Assembly (NCBI RefSeq): GCF_006345805.1
Contig: NC_043004.1
Coordinates: 94,116,001-94,180,000 of the forward strand
Length of the DNA stretch: 64,000 nt
Direction of reading: 5' to 3'
Origin: Octopus sinensis
Lineage: Eukaryota
Below the pieces are notes generated by a model. It was given only the letters and a program-made list of their open reading frames with translations, made no database searches and was not told where the DNA came from. This document shows positions 54,575-64,000 of this stretch, in pieces; position 1 is the first letter of the stretch, and every line of letters begins with the position of its first letter. The position numbers and the translations under genes are program-made.

Positions 54575-54810
54575 ATAACATACTGTTCTATGATGGAAAA
54601 TTCGACAAAAAAGTTCTCCATCTGGTGAGAGATATATATTATAATCCAAATAAGGCATAGAAAGAATTTAGCACATCTTTAATGACCACTTACAATTGTT
54701 TCTACACCACTTTGCATTTAACGCCATTGCACGCAAAAAGGTTCATGTGAAAAGACACGTAATATTTGCTGTTTTCAACACCAGGATGCCAGTTCATCAG
54801 ACTTACATCA
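54575..54810 (-). mobile_element. Second Penelope-like 3' end, tail to tail with 52995-54121
   Basis: 54575-54630 is an imperfect reverse complement of 54070-54125; minus strand has CTGATGA (54794-54800) and GAAA-CAATTG-TA (54691-54702). Confidence 0.6.
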
Positions 54811-54879
54811 AACCGTGTGCCCCTGCATTGTGCGCTCTTACAAATTTGATATTCTTTATGGTATGACTATAAAGAGTGG

Positions 54880-55565
54880 TAACATTGACAAATATACCAA
54901 TAATGGATCTTATTGCTTAGACAGATAAATCATTGATGCAAAGCAGAAAGAAGGTAGGTTGTAGGGGATATCAATGGGAAACGCCTGCATTGATTTCATA
55001 AATGTGAGAGGACTAATCATTGACGGTAACTTTTAGACTTCTTAACGTCAGAAATGACTTAATGGCGGGAAAGGCTCTCCCAGATATGACATAACTTATC
55101 AGTTTATGAAGAAACTCTGTATGGAACACTTTGTTAAATGATTTAGAGATGCTTGAGGGCAATAGCATAACATCAAGGCTGCCTTACCGTACATTAGTAA
55201 TGAGTGATGACCGTGACTATGCTAGAAGAGGACATTGAAGACTGAAAATCGACGAAGATTTTCACTTGGGAGATTAGCTTTATTCAGCTGATTCGTATAA
55301 TATCTACATCATCTTGTCAAATGATAACCATCTGACATTCGAAGGCATGACATCTGTACGTCAGTGAATTTAAATGACAAAAGCTGGTACCACACTTTTG
55401 CCATTCTCTCGATCATCATAATATGTTCCAATGACAAGCATTGCAACATTTCTGGTACTAGTTTGACTGTAAATTTTATGTCAGAGTATCTTTCCCCTAG
55501 AAGAACTGCCTTCCCCACCGCTTTGTCAGAAATAACGGGTGACTCATCTACCCTTGGGAAATCTT
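54880..55565 (-). mobile_element. Decayed CR1/Jockey-like RT fragment
   Basis: ISKSFNKVFH..FLHKLISY.ISG...IKSFL..R...INAGVSH...PTFFLLCINDL. Confidence 0.78.
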
Positions 55566-55607
<42 letters not shown>

Positions 55608-55858
55608 CCACACACACAACACACGCACACACCCATACGCACACACAAACACACACACACACCACACAATATACATACATACTTGAGCGCGTGTGTATCA
55701 AGATTATTATATATATATATATACATACATACATATGTGTGTATATATATATATATGTATATATATGCATATGTATATTATATATATGTATATATATGTA
55801 TGTGTATATATATGTATATATGTATATATATATATATATGTAAGTCTATATATATATA

Positions 55859-55889
<31 letters not shown>

Positions 55890-56506
55890 CATATACTCGT
55901 AGACGAAAATATTCTGGGTTAAAACAGAAGGGTGTTAAAAAATCATTAGCTGCTCATGATCTCAGAGCGATATAAAAATATACATTGTCTTATAATTGGT
56001 ATGATCATTATTTTAATCATAAGCATTAATTCCTAATCTGTATAAATACTCACAAATATATATATATGTGGTGAGGGTTGTGTTCTTCGTGTGTGTGTGT
56101 GTGTGTGCGCGCGCGATGTGTGTGTGTGTGTCTGTGTGTGTGTGTCTGCGTATGTGTGTGTAGTAACATTATCGACATTGGTTGGCTCAAACAGAGTTCT
56201 TCCACTATTGCAAGCAATCTGGTCTGCTCTCTCGTCTGAGAATAGCTTCCTTTCTTTTTTCCACGTCAAATGAAAAACTGAATGAGCTGAACGGTACTGC
56301 TCTTCCCTTCCCCTATTTAACCATTACAAAAATGAATCGAAGCACGAAAAATAAAGCAAGAAAAGGCCACGAAAACCAGAGAAGCTGATTGACTGAGCCA
56401 GCGAAACAAGTGTAGAACTAACAGCACAAATACACTCACTCATACATTCACATACACATACACTCACATCCACACACACACTCCAGATTCATAAACATAC
56501 ACATAT

Positions 56507-56668
56507 GCAGGAGTGGCTGTGTGGTAAGTAGCTTGCTAACCAACCACATGGTTCCTGGTTCAGTCCCACTGCGTGGCATCTTGGGCAAGTGTCTTCTGCT
56601 ATAGCCCCGGGCCGACCAATGCCTTGTGAGTGGATTTGGTAAACGGAAACTGAAAGAAGCCTGTCGTA

Positions 56669-56699
<31 letters not shown>

Positions 56700-56948
56700 G
56701 CGTGTGTGTGTGTGTGTGTGTGTGTATGTATTTGTGTGTCTGTGTTTGTCTCCCTAGCATTGCTTGACAGCCGATGCTGGTGTGTTTACGTTCCCGTCAA
56801 CTAGCGGTTCGGCAAAAGAGACCGATAGAATAAGTACTGGGCTTACAAAGAATAATTCCCGGGGTCGATTTGCTCGACTAAAGGCGGTGCTCCAGCATGG
56901 CCACAGTCAAATGACTGAAACAAGTAAAAGAGTAAAAGAGTAAAGAGT
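56507..56948 (+). mobile_element. SINE family B
   Basis: Matches 16754-17214. Confidence 0.93.
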
Positions 56949-57932
56949 ATGCATATACACACATGCATTCACATACTATTACTACCATCACCACCATTAT
57001 CACGATAACCATTATAAACATCACCTTTATCAGATGCTGCATACATAACAATAATAACAGTTAATAACTGAAGTCTTTTTAAATATCTTCCGGCAACTGA
57101 CAAGAACTGCATGCAATCAATAAAAATTTGAATTTATTTCTGCAGTTTTCAATATTTTCAATAAAGAAATTTAAATAAAAAGAGAAAAAAAAACATTTAA
57201 ATATAATGAAATGGAGCAGAAGAGGGCGCCATTGGTTATTGTGGACACATGACGCCATTCTTGTGGAATATTACACAAAAACAAAAATATAAGAATAAAC
57301 AGAAAAAAAAAGAACTAAAAATGTTTTAACAAGATATGTGTCAGAATTTGGACATCTAGAAAATTCCATAGCATAGTCTCTATCAACACCACCACTAACC
57401 CCACCATGAAAAAAGTTAAAAAGAACGAGAAAGAGGAAGAAGTCAGTAGAAGGTCATTAACTATAAAGAGTCAAAGAGATGTTTTCGATAATCACTTTGG
57501 ACATTACTTTATTTTCCTCACTTTTTCTGTGACTTTAAATTTTTTCTAAGTCTTTTATCTTTGTGTTTTGACGCTTTGAAGCGTTGTCTTTGGCTCGAGG
57601 AAAATATTCTGTTTATGCAAGGTAACGTTAAGCAACAAACAAGAAGTTAAGTAGTTGAGATAGAGTTTAGCCTTGTCATTGAACTTTATAAAAATTTCAT
57701 TTATTATTGTTTTTGTTGGTTATTTTCTCGCTAACACCAGTGGATTTGCAGAGGATTTTATGAACGCTTATATGTATTTACATATATTACACACACACAC
57801 GCACACACACACAGACACATACACACACACATACAAGCAAGCATGTAATACACATATAATATGTATATATACATATATTCATGCATATACATACATACAT
57901 ACATACATATATATATATAATATATATATATA

Positions 57933-58119
57933 TAGGGCGAATTCACAAAAAAACAAACGATGAAGATAGGTGGTGGAGAAAACAAAGAGATCTTTTAGCA
58001 TAACGCTCGGGAATTGAAAAAGTCTTTAACGTTTCGAGCCTACGCTCTTCCACAGAAAGGAACACAGAAAGAAACAAGGAGGAAAAAAAATGTGTCTAGT
58101 GGCTAGCGATCTATCATGG

Positions 58120-58122
<3 letters not shown>
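57933..58122 (-). mobile_element. Paralog of the 26006-26198 element, (TA)n on both sides; HHR-like motif at 58023-58060
   Basis: Minus: CCTTT-CTGTGGA-A-GAGC[GTAG]GCTC-GAAA-CG-TT-AAAGA. Confidence 0.72.
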
Positions 58123-58199
<77 letters not shown>

Positions 58200-58493
58200 C
58201 ATAAACAAGCCTTTCAATAGAAATATTCTCCTGAATTGAACTGCGACTGCTAGCCGCCACTGACCATTCAAAATACGACCATCAGGGCACTCCCACATTT
58301 TCCCACCCCCTCTCCTCATCAGCCTTCTTCTTCTTCTACCCTACCAAGAACTCAACAACACGACCTCGAACACACAAGTGCAAACAAGGGAGTCAGAGAA
58401 AGGCAGAATGCCACTTATATCTGAACACTACTATAGAAATATTCCTTTAAAAAAACTTTTCTTCTAATTTTTCTAAATTTAATTATTTAATCG

Positions 58494-58536
58494 TTACAGT
58501 TGAAAAGGTCTCAAAATGACCGAAACGGTACTGAAA
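58494..58536 (+). ncRNA. Hammerhead-like motif, U3-A8 core variant, within a TA-flanked segment of about 395 bp (58197-58590)
   Basis: TTACAG-TTGAAAA-GGTC[TCAAAAT]GACC-GAAA-CGG-TA-CTGAAA. Confidence 0.58.
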
Positions 58537-58594
58537 TGTTCACTATAAAATTATTTTAGCATTTTCTATTCTGACTTGTTTTTTCATATTATAT

Positions 58595-58645
<51 letters not shown>

Positions 58646-59503
58646 AGTATGTATGTATATATGTATGTATATATGTATGCATACATGCACACACTTATAT
58701 GTACATACGTACAAACATGCACATGCGCATATATGTATATGGACGCAGGTATATCTGGGTGGCTCAGAAATTCGTGTTACAATGTTGTTCTGGTTTCATT
58801 CGCGCATCGTGACATCTTAAGTATGCACCTCTCACCATATCCTCAGGTCAAACTAAGCTTTCTACAATCATTTGGGTAAATGGAAACTGCAGGGAAGTTT
58901 ATAAAATCAATTATAACTAGAATTCAAAGACTCCATCTTCGTTAAACTGTGCCACGCTGATTCTTCTTGATAATTACGCTAAAAGTGAATAACCCATACA
59001 CTTGACATGATAATTCAATGAGCAGAGCGCGTATGTATGTATGTATGTATGTATGTATGTATGTATGTATGTATGTATGTATGTATGCATGCATGCATGT
59101 ATGTATGTATGTATGTATGTATGTATGTATGTATGTCATGCATGCATGTATGTATGTATGTATGTATGTATGTATGTATGTATGTATGCATGCATGTATG
59201 TATGTATGTATGTATGTATGTATGTATGTATGTATGTATGTATGCATGCATTCGCCGGAACGTAGAAATACTCTGATCGGTGTCCGAGGGAACAGTAATC
59301 CCTTCTAGGAATTGGATGGAGGGACTGGTCCTTGTCAAAGCTAACTTATTTTGTATAAAATAAAAAATAAAAAAAGAGACTCTCGTCATAGTCTCCAGGT
59401 AACATTCAAGAAACGATCAAAATTTTGAATGAAGATCTGTAAATGTAGCTCTTAATTTTAACAGAGAAGAATTAGAAATGCGAAAGGCTAACAAGGTCTA
59501 GAA

Positions 59504-59831
59504 CATAGGTTCTCAATGTGGGCGCTACCCCTACCCCCCACCCCGGTGGGCGTTAAGACAGTCCATGTGGGCGCTGGTGCCTAAGGGTGGGTAAGAAAAA
59601 AGGAGGCGTTGGGAGGAAGGCAGTGGATTGGGGAACGCTATGAATTTTTTATAATATTGTCATATTACTGTATGTAAGTTATATAATATTATATTAAATA
59701 TCAAATGATTCATAGTATATATAAATAAGTAAAATATAAAATATCAATACATAAAAATAGGGACGAGGGCGCTGGGGGTACCATGTGGCCATGAGTGGGG
59801 CAATGGCCTGAAATGTTTGTGAAATTCTAGA
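59504..59831. mobile_element. Degenerate hAT-like MITE
   Basis: CATAGGTTCTCAA start; 8-bp TSD-like GTCTAGAA / CTCTAGAA. Confidence 0.5.
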
Positions 59832-60291
59832 CTCTAGAATTTCGAAAATTTAAAAAAACTAGCAGTAATATACTTATAAACTTTTGTTCCGATTTTTTGT
59901 CATTGTTGGCAAAACTACAGAAATATATGCATACATATTGATTGAAGTACAAATAATTTTGTGTAGAGCACTTTTTCTCAATATGTATAGACGGCATTGT
60001 AGGACTACTATCTTTGAAATAAATGTATATTTTCAGTTATTGAAAGAACTTAAATGCATGAACGATGTAAGATTGTTTTATCTTCTGCTGATAACAAAGT
60101 TTCGTATAGTAAAGTATAAAAGTGGTGCATATTAACTTTGCTGAACAAGTGTGTGCATGCGTATGCACGCGTAGTTGCAGGCATCCGTGCAACTGCATAT
60201 ATGTGCGTGTGTGTGTGCGTGTGTATGTTTGTATGTATGTATATATGTATGTGTATATATATATATATGCATGCTTTTATCTACTCATATA

Positions 60292-60332
<41 letters not shown>

Positions 60333-60336
<4 letters not shown>

Positions 60337-60460
60337 CACTGATAGGGCACAGAAAGTGTGTCTATAGCCAGCTGGCGAAGGTGTCCTCCTGGGGCTACAA
60401 ATACAGTAGCATCTACCCTTGGGGTTAGCCATATTCAAATGGCAATATACGTCACGATAT
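60333..60460 (+). mobile_element. Fragment of the 353-bp retrozyme-like family in (TA)n
   Basis: GGGCACAGAAAGTGTG...GCCAGCTGG...CTCCTGGGGCTACAA...GGTTAGCCATATT..ATGGCAA matches 34092-34200. Confidence 0.8.
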
Positions 60461-60502
60461 ATATAGATATATATATATTATATATCGTGACGTATATTTG
60501 CC

Positions 60503-60533
<31 letters not shown>

Positions 60534-60681
60534 ATATATATATATCACTCACACACATACACACACATATGTGTGTATAAATATATGTTTATATATATAT
60601 ATGTATGTATTTGCGTATATATATACATACAAATACATGTGCCCCAGCATGGCCACAGCTCATAAGCTGAAACTAGAATCA

Positions 60682-60715
<34 letters not shown>

Positions 60716-60935
60716 TACATAGACACACATGTGTGTGTTTGTGTATGTGCGCGCGCGTGTGTGTGCTAAAAGTGTAATGGCTGTTTAATATCCTTTCATT
60801 TAACAACTCCCCGCTGAGATAAATACCCAGACAGTTGCAAGGTAAAAGATAGCATGATAACACTCCGTCTTTCTGTCTGGACACTTAAAATTGAACTTAA
60901 TCTAGAATCTAGAAACACCTGTCTATCTATCTATC

Positions 60936-61015
<80 letters not shown>

Positions 61016-61184
61016 ACCTATATTTATATTCTATTATTCCTTTATTTGTTTCAGTCATTTGACTGCCGCCACGCTGGAGCACTGCAAAATCGTTTGAGTA
61101 ATTCTCGAGTTTTAGTGATGCACACACACAGATAAACAGATAGACAGAGACACATTCTCAGTTTTATATATATAGATTACTATT

Positions 61185-61510
61185 CGGTACTGTTACTGTA
61201 TTTCTCTCGCTCAGAGATTTAAAACATGTTTTTCTTGATCCGAGTTCAGCGACTGTGTTGCTTAAAGAATGTATAGTATTTGCGAGTGGTGATAACTTTC
61301 GTGACTAGCTGGTAATTGTCCCACGCTGAGGACGGATAACAATCAGAAACCTAGGTCTATGAGTATCACATAAGGCAAGAGATAGGAACGATGACCTCAC
61401 TTGCAAATGATATATATGGATGCAGAATGTGTATCATTAGCCAGCTGGAAAAGATGTTTTCTTGGAGCTAAAGCAACAGTAACATCGTCCTTTACAGGAC
61501 TACCACATTA
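61185..61510 (+). mobile_element. Diverged retrozyme-like monomer with HHR at 61320-61363
   Basis: CTGAGGA-CGGAT[AACA]ATCA-GAAA-CCTAGG-TC followed by GTATCAC, GATGACCTC..TTGCAAAT and GCCAGCTGG, as in the 33.7-kb unit. Confidence 0.7.
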
Positions 61511-61527
61511 TAATTGCATATAAACAA

Positions 61528-61601
<74 letters not shown>

Positions 61602-61739
61602 TATATGTATGTATGTATGTATATGTATGTATGTATATTGTATGTATGTAATGTATGTATGTATCATTTTTGTATGTATGTATGTATGTATGTATGTATG
61701 TATGTATGTATTGCATGCATGCATGTATGTATGTGTGTA

Positions 61740-62442
61740 TGTCTGTTTGTATGTATATATGTGCAATCCCTAAAACTCGAGAACTACCCAACCGACTTCA
61801 TTCAAATTTTATACATGCATTACTTAAGGTCCATGGAATGTCATGGGCCAAGAGAAAATTTCAACTTCGTGCTTAATGCGGGCCCGGAGCAATCTTTTAG
61901 ACTGGTTACGTGTCAAAACTGAATATCGTTTCAATTTTATTCTTTCACTTGTAATATGATAATGTGACATTGTGATAAGACTATATTGTTGTTTCACTTT
62001 TAATTCTAACACGATAACTCTAAGTCCAAAGTATATAAAAATGCACATTTACCGTTCAATTACCCGTTGATGATTATCGCAGCAGTTGCAAGGTTGCAAG
62101 GTATTTACAGTTATATGCTTGTTCCTATGTTATATGCCGGTGCCTCGGTTTCCTTGGCGTATAGGTTCCCCACCTGAACAGGACGCCGGTCAGTCGCAGG
62201 TGAGCTGCAAAATGCAGGAGGAAAGAGTGAGAGAAAGTTGTGGCGAAAAAGTCAGCAGAAGTTCGCCATTACCTTCTGCCGGAGCCGCGTGGAGCTTAGG
62301 TGTTTCGCTCATAAACACACACATCGCCCGGTCTGAGATTCGAACCCGCAATCCCTCAACCACGAGTCCGCTGCTCTAACCACTAGGCCTGTGCCTCCAC
62401 TTACAGTTACATATTAACCCTTAAATTAACATTTAATACGTG

Positions 62443-62495
<53 letters not shown>

Positions 62496-64000
62496 GAAGA
62501 CATTTATCTATAATTATTGTGGCATTTACCGTTAAATTAGCAGTTCGTCAGTTCGTATACTTATGTCTATTTGGTTAGTCTATGTATGTTAAATGGCTCC
62601 ACCCAATCAAATCAAATTTTACATGGTAATAGTATCACACCCCACGAGTGTCAACATGTAATTTATTTTTTCATTTCGATTAAAACAATATAACATTTTA
62701 TAGAGATAATTTTTCTATAGTCAAATATAGTAGAGGACATTTTATACCACGACGACGGTGAGAACGACGACATCGTCACATTTTGTATATGAGTGTGTAT
62801 GTCTGCCAGTGTACGTATGTGAGTATATGAATGTATATGTGTCTTTCAGTGTGTGTGTTTCCGCATTCGGCGGCAACGTCACATTTTGTATATGAGTGTC
62901 TAAGTGTATGAGTGTATGAGTGTGTGTGTGTGTGTGTGTGTGTGTGTTTCCACGTTAGAGACGTTATTCAACACACACACACACACATCTACACCAACAT
63001 GTACATATGTGACGTCTGACATGTGTCTCTCTTACTATATAGCATTACACCCCACGACTGTCAATACGTATTATTTTCATTTCCATTAAAACAATATAAC
63101 ATTTCATAGACATAATCTTTCCATAGTCAACTATAGTACAGGAGATTTTATATGAGTGTGCATGTGTCTGTGTCTGTGTGTTTGCTCGATCGATACTACG
63201 AGACAGTAAAGAACATTTTATACCATGACGACGAGGACGTCATATTTTGTATATGAGTGTGCATGTGTCTGTGAGTGCATGAGTGTGTATGTCTCTGTGA
63301 CTGTGTGTGTGTTTCCGCGTTAGGTATCTTATAAAACATACACACACATCTATACATGCATATACACATGTGACGACTAACATGCGTGAATGTATGTTTG
63401 TGTCTCTCTCACTATATGTATGTGACTGTATGTGAAAGTGTATGTGCGTGTATCTTCATTCTATATCACTGTATATGTGTTTATGAGTGTGTGGGTGTTT
63501 GTGTGTTACGTTATTAACATACACACACACAAACATCTACACATACATATACACATATACACATACATATACACATCTACACATACATATACATATGTAA
63601 CGAGAACGGCTGGAGGTGAAACTCTTGCCAAAAAACAATTAGGCCGCACGTCCAAGATATATAAGAATACACATCTACCATTCAATTACCAGTTCACAAT
63701 TAGCACAGCAGTTGCAAGGTTGCAAGGTATTTACAATTTGCTTATATTTGGTTGACTCCATACAAAAATAAAAACATACTACATACATACAACTGCTTAC
63801 AAAAATAGAGATTAATGTATATTTTTTTCTATGTTCATAATTTTTGATTACTATATAGAACAAAAAATATGTCATCAAAGGAAAAAACGTAAGCTCTCCA
63901 GAAACAACTATCAAGCAGGGAGGATTGTAGAAAGCCGAAGGCGAGAGTTTCAAGAGAGAAGGGACATGAATCTTTCTCAAGATCAGCTGGAGCCTCATGA
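61740..64000 (+). mobile_element. Possible 5' region of a larger Helitron-like element with internal duplications
   Basis: CTAAAACTCGAGAA motif shared with the TC-starting fragment at 61084-61176 (-); repeats 62046-62112 / 63671-63740 and 62640-62760 / 63049-63150; basic KRKLSRN-like ORF start near 63868. Confidence 0.35.
62114..62400 (-). mobile_element. SINE family A variant with 9-bp TSD
   Basis: tRNA-like head at the 62400 end; TTACAGTTA at 62105-62113 and 62401-62409. Confidence 0.9.

Noticed and set aside
55309-55565. Apparent minus-strand exon [13 protein letters not shown]...
   Set aside because: Contiguous with the decayed CR1/Jockey RT at 54880-55300 and fits the pre-RT region

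Overview
This is AT-rich, microsatellite-saturated eukaryotic DNA, mostly intronic or intergenic. The repeat complement (tRNA-derived and Nin-domain SINEs, RTE, CR1/Jockey, Tx1, R4/Dong and Penelope remnants) looks like an Octopus or other coleoid cephalopod genome, which is an inference. Nearly all ORFs in the supplied track are microsatellite or SINE artefacts. No intact gene is present. A few candidate spliced exons are visible: two phase-1/1 exons on + (20372-20581, 29341-29568) and a likely terminal exon on - (32549-32815). The main hidden signal is a dense set of about 12 minimal type-I hammerhead-ribozyme (HHR) motifs in short non-coding elements: Penelope 3'/pLTR ends, two long foldback elements and a 353-bp tandem retrozyme-like repeat. 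Across them the core 3-8 pair occurs as C-G, G-C and U-A, and helix III is a covarying short palindrome. Other observations: a SINE sharing its 3' tail with a Tx1-like LINE and forming exact 184-bp concatemers, a DD36E Tc1 relic, TAA-associated R4/Dong insertions, non-autonomous Helitrons and several MITEs. All calls were made by eye; no database search or folding program was run.
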